A stretch of 44,235 nucleotides of DNA, taken from an uncultured Microbacteriaceae bacterium. Lineage in GTDB: Bacteria; Actinomycetota; Actinomycetes; Actinomycetales; Microbacteriaceae. Both the position numbers and the translations under genes were made by a program. The notes below the pieces were generated by a model. That model did no database searches. It was not told the origin of the DNA and saw only the letters and a list, made by a program, of their open reading frames with translations. The stretch spans positions 1 through 44,235 of the forward strand of contig CAIWRM010000190.1 in NCBI GenBank assembly GCA_903915075.1, given 5' to 3'. This document shows positions 19,826 through 28,893 of the stretch, piece after piece. Within the stretch, counting starts at the first letter, position 1; the number at the start of each line of letters is the position of its first letter.

Positions 19826-19845
19826 AGTAGGGGAGAGCTAACGCG

Positions 19846-21444
19846 CTAGTGGTGCGAGTGCTCGAGCGCTTCCTTGTGCTCCTTCTGAGTCACCGGTGCA
19901 ATCCGGTCTTCGAAGAAGAACCGTGACATCGCTGCCCGGCGGCGCATGCTACCCGTGATCTTTCCACGCTCATTGGGGCGGACCATGATGGGGGCATTGT
20001 CATTGTACGAGACCAGTTGCCAGCGATCGTAATCGTTGAGCTGCTGGTGTACCTCGGTGAACTCTCCGCCGGGAAGTCGCACGATGCGTCCCGTCTCGAA
20101 GCCGTGAAGTGCGATTTCGCGATCCTTCTTTTGGAGACCGAGACACACACGCTTCGTGATCATGAAGGCGAAAATCGGACCCAAGATGAGCAAAATCTGG
20201 AGCGTGTTGATGACACCCTCCATGGTCACCCTGAAGTGCGTCGCGATGATGTCCGATGCGGCACCCGCCCACAGTACGGCGTAGAACAGCACACCGGCGG
20301 CACCGATCGCGGTGCGCACGGGGGCGTTGCGCGGCCGGTCGAGAAGGTGGTGCTCACGCTTGTCGCCCGTGACCCACGCCTCGATGAACGGGTAGGCAAA
20401 GACCAGGGCTAAGAACACCAACAGTACGAGAACGGGAATGATGATGTTCCACGACCACGTGTAGCCAAACCAGTAGGTTTCCAAACCGGGCATCAGGCGC
20501 AAAGCGCCGTCTGCGAAGCCGATGTACCAGTCGGGTTGCGTACCGGCCGAAACGGGGGAGGGGTCATAGGGCCCGTAGGACCATATGGGGTTGATGGTGA
20601 CCGTTGCCGCAATCAGTACCACGACGCCAAACACGAGGAAGAAGAATCCGCCTGCCTTAGCCGCATACACGGGGAGCACGGGGTAGCCCACCACGTTGTT
20701 CTCGGTACGTCCCGGTCCCGGGTACTGGGTGTGCTTGTGAATGATCACGAACATCAGGTGCAGAACAATCAAGGCAAGGATGATGAGCGGCAGGAGCAGG
20801 ATGTGCAGCGTGTACAAGCGCCCCACAATATCCGTTCCGGGGAATTCACCACCAAAGAGCAAGAACGAAATCCACGTTCCCACAACAGGAAGTCCCATGA
20901 TCATTCCGTCGATAATGCGCAGACCGTTTCCGGAAAGCAGGTCATCCGGAAGTGAGTAACCGGTGAATCCTTCGGCCATGGCCAGGACAAAGAGAACGAA
21001 ACCAATCGTCCAGTTGAGCTCTCGTGGCTTACGGAATGCTCCCGTGAAGAAGATACGAAGCATGTGGAGACCGATGGCCGCAATGAAAAGCAGTGCAGCC
21101 CAGTGGTGAATCTGACGCAGCAAGAGTCCGCCGCGGAGGTCAAACGAGATGTCCAGGGTCGACGCCATTGCGACCGACATTTCGACACCCTTGAGGGGAA
21201 CGTACGAGCCCTCATACTCCACGGTGGCCATCGACGCCTGGTAGAAGAACGTCAAGAAACTTCCCGAAAGCAGGATGATGACGAAGCTGTAGAGCGCAAC
21301 CTCGCCGAGCAAGAATGACCAGTGGTCAGGGAAAATCTTACGACCAAACTCTTTGACAGCGCCCGAGATGCTCGTTCGCTCGTCAAGGTAGTTAGAGATC
21401 TTGCCCGTTACTCCGCTTGATGGCGGTGTGGCTGTAACAGTCAT
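19846..21444 (-). CDS. qcrB: Cytochrome bc1 complex cytochrome b subunit
   Basis: 532 codons, a multi-TM cytochrome b with the long actinobacterial C-terminal extension. ATG 21444 shares one base with the qcrA TAA (TAATG). Confidence 0.95.
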   Translation of the reverse strand: MTVTATPPSSGVTGKISNYLDERTSISGAVKEFGRKIFPDHWSFLLGEVALYSFVIILLSGSFLTFFYQASMATVEYEGSYVPLKGVEMSVAMASTLDISFDLRGGLLLRQIHHWAALLFIAAIGLHMLRIFFTGAFRKPRELNWTIGFVLFVLAMAEGFTGYSLPDDLLSGNGLRIIDGMIMGLPVVGTWISFLLFGGEFPGTDIVGRLYTLHILLLPLIILALIVLHLMFVIIHKHTQYPGPGRTENNVVGYPVLPVYAAKAGGFFFLVFGVVVLIAATVTINPIWSYGPYDPSPVSAGTQPDWYIGFADGALRLMPGLETYWFGYTWSWNIIIPVLVLLVFLALVFAYPFIEAWVTGDKREHHLLDRPRNAPVRTAIGAAGVLFYAVLWAGAASDIIATHFRVTMEGVINTLQILLILGPIFAFMITKRVCLGLQKKDREIALHGFETGRIVRLPGGEFTEVHQQLNDYDRWQLVSYNDNAPIMVRPNERGKITGSMRRRAAMSRFFFEDRIAPVTQKEHKEALEHSHH

Positions 21445-22526
21445 TATTTCTCACGCTCCCAGAAACTCGGTCCTACGGGTTGATCAAAATCACTTCGCGC
21501 AACGAGATAACCTTCAGCGTCAACCGTGATGGGCAACTGAGGAAGGGGACGAGCTGCCGGGCCAAAAATGACCGCGCACTCGTTTGAGATGTCGAACTGT
21601 GACTGGTGACAGGGGCACAACAAGTGGTGTGTTTGCTGCTCATAAAGCGCCACCGGGCACCCTACGTGTGTACAAATCTTGGAGTAGGCAACGATTCCGT
21701 CGTACGACCAGCTCTTGCGTTTGTCGCTCGTCCAATTCAGGTCTTCGGGCTTCAGCCGAACAAGAAGAACGGCCGCTTTTGCCTTGGCATCGAGTTTCTC
21801 GTGCTCAGGAAGATCCACGAGCCCCTCGGGAATCACGTGAACGCTCGAGCCGATGGTCATGTCAGACGCCTTGATAGGAACGCCCGTGGGGTCGCGCGTC
21901 AGACGCAGTCCCTCTTTCCAGAAGGTGTGCTTCAGTTCGTTGTTCGGGTCTACCTCCATGGGAGCCAGACCTCTGAACAGCGCTATGGCGGGCAGCGGGA
22001 AGGCGATAAACGCGCCAATCATGCCGTTGCGAATCAGGGACCGGCGACTAAATCCGGACTCCTCGTCCGCTTCCTTGAAAATCTCAATGGCGCGCTCTCG
22101 CGTTTCTTGAGTGCCACGAACGGGATGGCGTTCGTCGACGCCCTCCTTGTCGGCCATGACGGCTTTGCCCCAGTGCACGGCGGCAACGCCAATCGCCAAG
22201 AGAGCAAAGGCGCTACCGAGTCCGATGTAGAGCGTGCTGAGTCGAAGCGACGTCGTGTCGCCGTCTTCGATGGGGAAGAACATGTACGCGAAAATAGTAA
22301 AGACGCTGCCGGCGATTGAGAGATAAAACAACCATCCGACAATTCGAGCGGCGCGAGCGAGACGACGAGGATCAGTGTCGGTGACGCGCTGGCGGTGAGG
22401 CGGAAGGCCAGGGTTCGGGAAGGCGTCAGTCGTGACGACTGCGGTACCCAGCTCTTTGCCACTGAGTCGCTCGCCCGACGATTCAACGAGTTCGGAACTC
22501 TCCGAACTCTTGACGATCTTGGCCAT
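21444..22526 (-). CDS. qcrA: Cytochrome bc1 complex Rieske iron-sulfur subunit
   Basis: Three N-terminal TM segments and Rieske motifs CTHVGCP ... CPCHQSQF. Confidence 0.93.
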   Translation of the reverse strand: MAKIVKSSESSELVESSGERLSGKELGTAVVTTDAFPNPGLPPHRQRVTDTDPRRLARAARIVGWLFYLSIAGSVFTIFAYMFFPIEDGDTTSLRLSTLYIGLGSAFALLAIGVAAVHWGKAVMADKEGVDERHPVRGTQETRERAIEIFKEADEESGFSRRSLIRNGMIGAFIAFPLPAIALFRGLAPMEVDPNNELKHTFWKEGLRLTRDPTGVPIKASDMTIGSSVHVIPEGLVDLPEHEKLDAKAKAAVLLVRLKPEDLNWTSDKRKSWSYDGIVAYSKICTHVGCPVALYEQQTHHLLCPCHQSQFDISNECAVIFGPAARPLPQLPITVDAEGYLVARSDFDQPVGPSFWEREK

Positions 22527-22557
22527 TGTTCTCCTAAAAAAATGCGCGTGGCGGCGA

Positions 22558-23355
22558 CTAGTTCGACTTTGCGGTGATCCAGATGGTCAGGCCGATGATT
22601 GCACCGACACCAAAGATCCAGAGAAACAGGCCTTCGGAAACAGGGCCGAGTGATCCCAGCTCGAGACCACCAGGGGAGGGGTTCGCCTTCTGGTACTCGA
22701 GGTACGCAATAATGTCTTTTTTCTCAGTGGGGGTGAGGTTGAGATCGTTGAAAACCGGCATGTTCTGAGGGCCTGTGAGCATGGCCTCATACACGTGCAC
22801 GGCCGAGGAGTTGTCGAGCGTAGGAGCGTACTTGCCCTCGGTCAGGGCGCCACCAGCACCGGCAACGTTGTGGCACATGGCGCAGTTGATGCGGAAGAGT
22901 TCTCCTCCGTGTGCCACATCTCCGCCCGTGAGCATTGATTCACTCGGGATCGACGGTCCGGGGCCGAGCGAAGCAACGTAGGCAGCGAGTGCCTGAACCT
23001 GTGCGTCGGTGAATTGGACGGGCTTCGCCGGAGCTTGCGGCCCGTTGGCCTGCATGGGCATGCGGCCGGTTCCCACCTGGAAGTCCACGGAAGCGGCGCC
23101 GACTCCAATGAGCCCGGGTCCGTTCGCGGTGCCCTGAGCCTGCAGGCCGTGACACGTGGCGCAGTTTGCTGCAAAAAGCTTCGCCCCCTCATCGATTACT
23201 TCGGGGCTCGAGAGATCCACTTGAGCACTCGCTGTTGCGGTCGACGCCATGGCATAAGCGGCGCCTGTTGTGATGAGCCCAATTGCAACGAGCAGAATGA
23301 TGGCGAAAGGGGAGCGGCGTCCGCGTTTGCGGTGTGATTCGGGTTTCTGAGACAT
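22558..23355 (-). CDS. qcrC: Cytochrome bc1 complex diheme cytochrome c subunit
   Basis: Two CxxCH motifs (CATCHG, CAMCHN), an N-terminal signal/TM segment and a C-terminal TM anchor. Confidence 0.93.
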   Translation of the reverse strand: MSQKPESHRKRGRRSPFAIILLVAIGLITTGAAYAMASTATASAQVDLSSPEVIDEGAKLFAANCATCHGLQAQGTANGPGLIGVGAASVDFQVGTGRMPMQANGPQAPAKPVQFTDAQVQALAAYVASLGPGPSIPSESMLTGGDVAHGGELFRINCAMCHNVAGAGGALTEGKYAPTLDNSSAVHVYEAMLTGPQNMPVFNDLNLTPTEKKDIIAYLEYQKANPSPGGLELGSLGPVSEGLFLWIFGVGAIIGLTIWITAKSN

Positions 23356-23370
23356 GTGATTTCTACCGGT

Positions 23371-24000
23371 CTACTTGAGGACGTAAATAATCATGAACAG
23401 AGCAATCCAGACAACGTCAACGAAGTGCCAGTAATACGACACGGCGATGGCGCTCGAGGCTTCCTTGTGCCCGAATCGCTTTACGGCGTAGGCGCGACCA
23501 ATGACCAGCAGGAAGGCAATCAAACCACCGGTAACGTGCAATCCGTGGAAGCCGGTGGTGAGGTAGAAGGCTGCTCCATAGGCGTTGGAATCCAACGTGA
23601 CACCCTCGGAGACGAGCATGGCATATTCATAGATTTGGCCGGCGACGAAGATGGCGCCCATGGCGTAGGTGAGGAAAAACCACTCCACCATTCCCCACTG
23701 CGTGGGCTTCCAGCCGGTGGCGCGGGGCTGAAGACGCTCGGCCGCAAAAACACCAAACTGAGCCGTGAACGATGAGGCCACAAGAATCAGTGTGTTGGTG
23801 AGCGAGAAGGGGATGTTGAGCAGACCAGATTCAGCGGCCCACTGCTCGGGGGCGGCGGATCGAAGAGTGAAGTAGATCGCGAAGAGGCCAGCGAAGAACA
23901 TGACTTCACTGCCGAGCCACACGATTGTTCCCACAGCAACGGGGCTCGGTCGATTGACGACGGGGGCGCCTTGGCGGGGGGATACGGTTGCTGAAGTCAC
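23371..24000 (-). CDS. ctaE: Cytochrome c oxidase (aa3) subunit III
   Basis: Multi-TM subunit III pattern ([13 protein letters not shown]..., [10 protein letters not shown]). GTG 24000 was chosen; the track start TTG 24099 adds 33 non-conserved, basic residues. The start is uncertain because GGAGG lies very close to the GTG. Confidence 0.88.
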   Translation of the reverse strand: MTSATVSPRQGAPVVNRPSPVAVGTIVWLGSEVMFFAGLFAIYFTLRSAAPEQWAAESGLLNIPFSLTNTLILVASSFTAQFGVFAAERLQPRATGWKPTQWGMVEWFFLTYAMGAIFVAGQIYEYAMLVSEGVTLDSNAYGAAFYLTTGFHGLHVTGGLIAFLLVIGRAYAVKRFGHKEASSAIAVSYYWHFVDVVWIALFMIIYVLK

Positions 24001-24100
24001 CCCTCCATTATGGCGGATAGCGCGCGCAGTTATATCGGTTAGCGCCTTCAGACACGGTCTCCGGCGGGGTGATTTCGGCCGATTTCCGCCGTGTGGCAAC

Positions 24101-24113
24101 TAATCTTGAAGAC
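24101..24113 (+). promoter_or_regulatory. Putative -10 box (TAATCT) placed for a leaderless trpD mRNA
   Basis: TAATCT at 24101-24106 is followed by 7 nt and then ATG 24114, with no SD. Confidence 0.3.
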
Positions 24114-25184
24114 ATGTCGACTCAGTACACTTGGCCGCAAACAATCAGCACTCTGTTGGACGGAGAAGACCTGAGCGTGAGCCACGCCACCTGGGCAATG
24201 AACGACATCGTTTCGGGTGAGGTGACGGATGCCCAGCTCGCCGGATTCCTCGTCGCGTTGCGCGCAAAGGGCGAAACGGTCGACGAAGTGGTGGGTTTTC
24301 GCGACGCCGTCTTGCACAACGCGGTGGCGTTGCCGGTGCCCTCGCGGGCGCTCGATATCGTGGGAACAGGGGGCGATAACCACAAGACCGTGAACGTGTC
24401 GAGCATGGCGTCCATCGTCTGTGCCGGCGCGGGAATCCCCATTGTGAAGCACGGAAACCGGGCCGCGTCGAGTGCGTCGGGGTCATCGGATGTGCTCGCC
24501 GAGTTGGGCATAGACCTGTCGCTTTCTCCGCAGGAGCTTGCCGACGTCTTTGCCGAGGTTGGCATAGTTTTTGCCTTTGCCGCGGCATTCCATCCAGGGT
24601 TTCGGCACGCCGGCAAAGCTCGCACCGAACTAGGAATTCCGACCATCTTCAATATTTTGGGGCCCCTCTGCAACCCTGCGCGTCCGGAAGCAAACGCCGT
24701 GGGTGTGGCGAGCATCGAGCGCGTTCCCCTGATTGTGGGCGTGCTGCAGAGCCGCGACGCGTCCGCTCTCGTTTTTCGTGGCGACGAAGGGCTTGACGAG
24801 CTGAGCATCGTGGGCCACTCGCGAATGTGGGAGGTCAACCGCGGTCGCGTGGAGGAGCACGACATCGATCCACGAGAGTTAGGCATTCAGGCCGCAACCC
24901 TTGACGACATCCGGGGCGGAACTCCAGCCGAAAATGCTGCCATCGCTCGCGACACGTTTGCCGGAAAGCCGGGCCCTGTTCGCGACATTGTACTTCTCAA
25001 CGCGGCAGCGGGCATGGCCGCTTTCGATCTCATCGATCACCCAGAGTCGTCCAATACCCACATTGCTGAGCGCTTAGCTCGGGGCATGGCGCGTGCGGCC
25101 GAGGCGATTGATTCGGGCGCGGCGGCCGACAAACTGGCGGCGTGGGCTGTGGCTACGCAGCGCCGGTCTCACGGAGACAGCTAA
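24114..25184 (+). CDS. trpD: Anthranilate phosphoribosyltransferase
   Basis: 356 codons from ATG 24114. Motifs LAGFLVALRAKGET, DIVGTGGD and KHGNRAASS. It is divergent from ctaE, as in other Actinobacteria. Confidence 0.93.
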   Translation: MSTQYTWPQTISTLLDGEDLSVSHATWAMNDIVSGEVTDAQLAGFLVALRAKGETVDEVVGFRDAVLHNAVALPVPSRALDIVGTGGDNHKTVNVSSMASIVCAGAGIPIVKHGNRAASSASGSSDVLAELGIDLSLSPQELADVFAEVGIVFAFAAAFHPGFRHAGKARTELGIPTIFNILGPLCNPARPEANAVGVASIERVPLIVGVLQSRDASALVFRGDEGLDELSIVGHSRMWEVNRGRVEEHDIDPRELGIQAATLDDIRGGTPAENAAIARDTFAGKPGPVRDIVLLNAAAGMAAFDLIDHPESSNTHIAERLARGMARAAEAIDSGAAADKLAAWAVATQRRSHGDS

Positions 25185-25240
25185 GGTCGTTCACTCTGCA
25201 CTACAGCCGGCAAAGCCCCTGATCGTGAGTGGCCGCGTGG

Positions 25241-26755
25241 CTACAGAGCGGGGGAGTCGTCATCAATCCAGTCGAGGCTCTTCGAGACCGCTTTACGCCA
25301 CACGCGCATCTGGCGTTCGCGCTCCTGATCTGACATGGTCGGAATCCATCGAGCGTCTTCGGCCCAGAGGGCACGCAGTTCATCGATGTCCTTCCAGTAA
25401 CCGACCGCCAGTCCGGCAGCAAACGCCACCCCCAGGGCCGTGGTTTCACTCACCGATGGTCGTCGGACGGGGATGCCGAGAACGTCTGCCTGAAATTGCA
25501 TGAGGAACTCGTTCTTGACCATGCCGCCGTCGACCCGAAGGTCCGGGATGCTCACGCCGGTGTCGGTGGACATGGCATCCACGACGTCCCGTGTCTGAAG
25601 GGCGGTGGCTTCGAGGGCGGCCCGGGCGAGGTGAGCTCGATTGACGAAGCGCGTCAGGCCCACGATGACGCCCCGCGCGTCGGTTTGCCAGTAGGGCGCA
25701 AACAGCCCGCTAAACGCCGGCACGATGACCGCACCACCCGAGTCTGCCACGCTCGTGGCGAGGGCTTCGATCTCACTGGCGTCGCTGATCAGACCCAGGT
25801 TGTCGCGGAGCCACTGCACGAGAGAGCCAGCGACAGCGATTGACCCCTCCAGCGCGTAGTTCGCTGGTTCATCAGCCAGTTTGTAGGCAACCGTCGTGAT
25901 GAGTCCGTTGGTTGAGTACACGATGTCGGTGCCGGTGTTCATGATTAAGAAACACCCGGTTCCGTAAGTGTTTTTCGTCTCGCCCGAGCTAAAGGCTGCT
26001 TGGCCGAACGTGGCAGCCTGCTGATCCCCGAGAATTCCCGAAACAGGAACACCGCTGAGCGGGCCTACTGCTGTTCCGTAAATCTCCGACGATGAGCGAA
26101 TCTGCGGCAACACGGCTCTCGGTACGCGAAAAACGTCCAGGAGGTCATCGTGCCACTCAAGCGCGGCGAGACTCATCAGGAGTGTGCGCGAGGCATTTGT
26201 GACGTCGGTGGCATGAACACCTCCGTCAACACCGCCCGTGAGGTTCCACAGGATCCACGTGTCGGGAGTGCCGAACGCCAGCTCGCCGGCTTCGGCTCGA
26301 GCGCGGGCACCGGGCACGTTATCGAGAATCCAGGCAATCTTGGTGGCCGAGAAGTACGCAGTCAGGGGCAGACCAGTGAGTTGCGAGAAACGGTTGATGC
26401 CCTCGTTCTCGGTAAGGTCGTCAGCCACGCTCTGCGTGCGCGTGTCTTGCCAAACAATGGCGTTATAGAGCGGAACTCCGGTGGCACGATCCCACACGAT
26501 GGTGGTTTCTCGCTGGTTGGTGATTCCTACGGCGGCAATGTCTGTGGCCGAGAGTTTGGCGTCGGCGAGGGCCGAGGAAATCACCTCGAGCGTGTTGTTC
26601 CAGATCTCCGTGGCGTCGTGCTCTACCCAGCCGCTCTGGGGAAAGTGCTGGGTGGTCTCCTTTTGGGCAATTCCGTAACGCTTACCTGAGCGGTCAAAGA
26701 TGATGGCACGTGTGCTTGTCGTGCCGTTATCGATGGCAAGAACAAACTGCGACAT
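25241..26755 (-). CDS. glpK: Glycerol kinase
   Basis: 504 codons from ATG 26755 ([21 protein letters not shown]...). FGGY-kinase motifs run throughout. The track start at 26872 adds 39 implausible residues. Confidence 0.96.
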   Translation of the reverse strand: MSQFVLAIDNGTTSTRAIIFDRSGKRYGIAQKETTQHFPQSGWVEHDATEIWNNTLEVISSALADAKLSATDIAAVGITNQRETTIVWDRATGVPLYNAIVWQDTRTQSVADDLTENEGINRFSQLTGLPLTAYFSATKIAWILDNVPGARARAEAGELAFGTPDTWILWNLTGGVDGGVHATDVTNASRTLLMSLAALEWHDDLLDVFRVPRAVLPQIRSSSEIYGTAVGPLSGVPVSGILGDQQAATFGQAAFSSGETKNTYGTGCFLIMNTGTDIVYSTNGLITTVAYKLADEPANYALEGSIAVAGSLVQWLRDNLGLISDASEIEALATSVADSGGAVIVPAFSGLFAPYWQTDARGVIVGLTRFVNRAHLARAALEATALQTRDVVDAMSTDTGVSIPDLRVDGGMVKNEFLMQFQADVLGIPVRRPSVSETTALGVAFAAGLAVGYWKDIDELRALWAEDARWIPTMSDQERERQMRVWRKAVSKSLDWIDDDSPAL

Positions 26756-26841
26756 TTTTCTCTTTTCACCTCTCGTGCTGGCACGCCTGCGCATCCGTTG
26801 TGCGCTCTCGGCTAAGTATGGCTTGTTCGCGTCTGCGAGCA

Positions 26842-26847
26842 TAGAAT
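26842..26847 (+). promoter_or_regulatory. Putative -10 box (TAGAAT) for the MoaF-like gene
   Basis: A strong TANNNT hexamer lies 36 nt upstream of GTG 26884, which itself has AAGGGAG 7 nt upstream. No clear -35 element was found. Confidence 0.3.
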
Positions 26848-26883
26848 CACACCAGCCACGTTCGTTACACAAGGGAGTGCACC

Positions 26884-27693
26884 GTGTCAGCTGAGCAAAC
26901 GCCTAACCTCGTCGAGTCCGCCGAATGGCGAAACATGGAGGATTTCTCCGAGGGCATCGATACGAATCGCCTCCCGCAGACCGATGCTCTGGCCGGATCT
27001 GAGCACAGTGTCTTGCTTGAGGATGGGGGAGTGGCGAAGTTCACCTTTCTCGCTGGCAATCGGGTTGCCTGGTCGGTCACCGGTGAAGAGTGGGCCGGCG
27101 ACGGCGAGGAGACCTACGACGGCGTTGCCGTGGGCGATGGAGCGTTCTGGGTGGACTTCAGCATCTCCGCCCGCAAGGTCGAGTCGATCACACTCATTTT
27201 TCAGCCCGTCACAGGGTGGGCGCTCATTGTGCACTCGCGCATTCACGACGAAAACTTCACCACGGAGACGCGTGTCATGCAGACATTTCACGCGGGCCGC
27301 GTAGATGGCAACACGGATGCCGAGATGCCGCACGAGACGCGCGAGCTCATTGGCAAGCGCACGCTCTTTCGTTACAGCGTCAACCACCTTTACGAACACA
27401 TCTACCTGAGCTCACGACGCTTCGTGTGGCACAACCTTGTGGGTGAACAGCGCGGACACGCTGCTGCCGAACTCGCCACGACTTGGAAGCTCGAAAAAGG
27501 TCTCTACGTCTTTACCTGGCGTGAGGAAAAGATTCCTGTCGGAACTGTCTTCCTTTTTGACTACGCTCGCGGCCGCAGCACCGGAAAGTTCATCGGCCTC
27601 ACCGGAGACGGTCGGATCGAAAACTCCGCCGGGGGAGCCGAGATTATTGAGTTCGGGGTATCGAACTACGCCGAACACCAAGAACCCGTCTAG
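26884..27693 (+). CDS. MoaF-like two-domain calycin (beta-barrel) protein of unknown function
   Basis: 269 codons with a good RBS. The two halves both follow the pattern L.G+..hh.a.......Y....(V/L)..G.a.hsa.E, reminiscent of MoaF N/C domains and the phenolic-acid-decarboxylase fold (e.g. [21 protein letters not shown]...[13 protein letters not shown]). The family call comes from memory of the pattern, not from a search. Confidence 0.6.
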   Translation: MSAEQTPNLVESAEWRNMEDFSEGIDTNRLPQTDALAGSEHSVLLEDGGVAKFTFLAGNRVAWSVTGEEWAGDGEETYDGVAVGDGAFWVDFSISARKVESITLIFQPVTGWALIVHSRIHDENFTTETRVMQTFHAGRVDGNTDAEMPHETRELIGKRTLFRYSVNHLYEHIYLSSRRFVWHNLVGEQRGHAAAELATTWKLEKGLYVFTWREEKIPVGTVFLFDYARGRSTGKFIGLTGDGRIENSAGGAEIIEFGVSNYAEHQEPV

Positions 27694-28865
27694 GTTTTGA
27701 GGGGCTTGGCGGCCCCGGAAAGAATCGCGGAAACCACCAGCAGTCCGGCGACGACGTAAAACATGTTGAGCACCCCCCAGCTTTCTCCAAGAAAGCCGAG
27801 GAGGGGAGGGCCCACGAGGAAAGCGACGTAGCCGAACGTCGACACAACGGCAACACGGCCAGACGAGTTTTCACCGTCTGCGGCGGCAGAAATGAACAGC
27901 GGGAAACCGAGGGCAACGCCGGCGCCCCACAAAGTCGCTCCCGCCCATGCGACGAAGATAGAGGGAGCAAAAATAAGAAGGAAAACGCCAATCAATCCCA
28001 CGACCGCCGAAGCACGAAGGGCGATCACCCGGCCCCATCGGTCAACGGCGCGACCGCCAGCAAAGCGCACAACGACCATTCCGCACATTGCGCAAGCGAA
28101 CGTGATGCCGGCCACGGTGGCCGAAAGCCGAAAGTCATCGACGATCGCAATGGTGATCCAGTCGTTCGCGGCACCCTCGGCGAGAGTGAACCCCAGTATC
28201 CCGAGTCCGAGGAGGACGAGCCGAGTGGTGAGTCGCGTTCCCGGGCGCCGGATTTGCGGGGAATGCGTTGGCGCGCCACGAATACCCGTGTGGGCGGGAA
28301 GAAATCTAAACGTGAGTGCTTTGGTGACGAGCAGAACCACAGCCAGGACGGCCTGCTGCCAAAACAGGTTTATCGCTATGGCTCCGCAGAGAGTTCCGAC
28401 GCCGGCCCCCGCAAAGGTTCCGAGAGAGTAAGCGCCATGGAACTGGGGGAGGAGCGTGCGTCCGGCGCGCTTTTCCACGTCGGCGCCTTCCACGTTGATA
28501 CCCACGTCACCGATGCCGAAGGCAAAGCCCGTGAGGACACTGCCAACGACCACTCCGGGAACTGAAGACAGAACGGCACTTGCGCCGGTAACTACCATGG
28601 CGACCGCGAGGATCGCGAACCCCCAGCCAATGGCGGCTCGAGCCCCGAACCGTGAGATGAACCAACCGGAATTGAGAAGAGAACCCAAAGCACCCACTGC
28701 GCCGGCCATGAGGACAAGGCCGAGCGTGGCCGTGGACAAGCTAAGCAGGCTGCGAACCTCCGGAAGTCGCACCAACCACGACGAACCGCAGAGACCAAAG
28801 ACGAAGAAATAGACGAAGATGACACGGGTGCGCAGGGCTTCAGGGGAGGCAGCGATTCCCGTCAC
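27690..28865 (-). CDS. MFS transporter (paralogue 1)
   Basis: 391 codons, about 12 hydrophobic segments, GTG 28865. It shares blocks with the next gene (NVEGADVEKRAGRTLLPQFHGAYSLGTFAGAGVG versus NIEATDVDRASRRSLLPPLHGAYSAGLLIGSALG). Confidence 0.85.
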   Translation of the reverse strand: MTGIAASPEALRTRVIFVYFFVFGLCGSSWLVRLPEVRSLLSLSTATLGLVLMAGAVGALGSLLNSGWFISRFGARAAIGWGFAILAVAMVVTGASAVLSSVPGVVVGSVLTGFAFGIGDVGINVEGADVEKRAGRTLLPQFHGAYSLGTFAGAGVGTLCGAIAINLFWQQAVLAVVLLVTKALTFRFLPAHTGIRGAPTHSPQIRRPGTRLTTRLVLLGLGILGFTLAEGAANDWITIAIVDDFRLSATVAGITFACAMCGMVVVRFAGGRAVDRWGRVIALRASAVVGLIGVFLLIFAPSIFVAWAGATLWGAGVALGFPLFISAAADGENSSGRVAVVSTFGYVAFLVGPPLLGFLGESWGVLNMFYVVAGLLVVSAILSGAAKPLKT

Positions 28866-28893
28866 GAGGCAATACTCTCACGCTCTTTCAGGC

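Noticed and set aside
19662-19841. 59-codon plus-strand ORF (MSRQTISLLPNSTPLILAPG...) filling the ctaF-qcrB spacer.
   Set aside because: It has no SD and is rich in codons that appear rare elsewhere in the window (AGA, AGG, CTA x2, ATA, GTA). It runs through the qcrB terminator hairpin and its product has no recognisable features. I kept the spacer only as a non-coding curiosity.
24122-24886. 254-aa minus-strand ORF inside trpD. Similar cases are 35370-36338 (alternative frame within lnt), 36556-37392 (antisense to helY), 16527-17264 (antisense to ctaC) and 6656-7453 (antisense to rluD).
   Set aside because: All are nested in genes with clear homology and motif support. Their translated products are Arg/Pro/Ser-rich and lack any family signature. 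I treat them as GC-driven artefacts.
25185-25240. Search for a bidirectional terminator in the 56-nt trpD/glpK convergent spacer.
   Set aside because: Only 5-bp stems with long loops (CACTC...GAGTG, CTCTG...CAGAG) and no U-tract were found. That is not enough to call a terminator.
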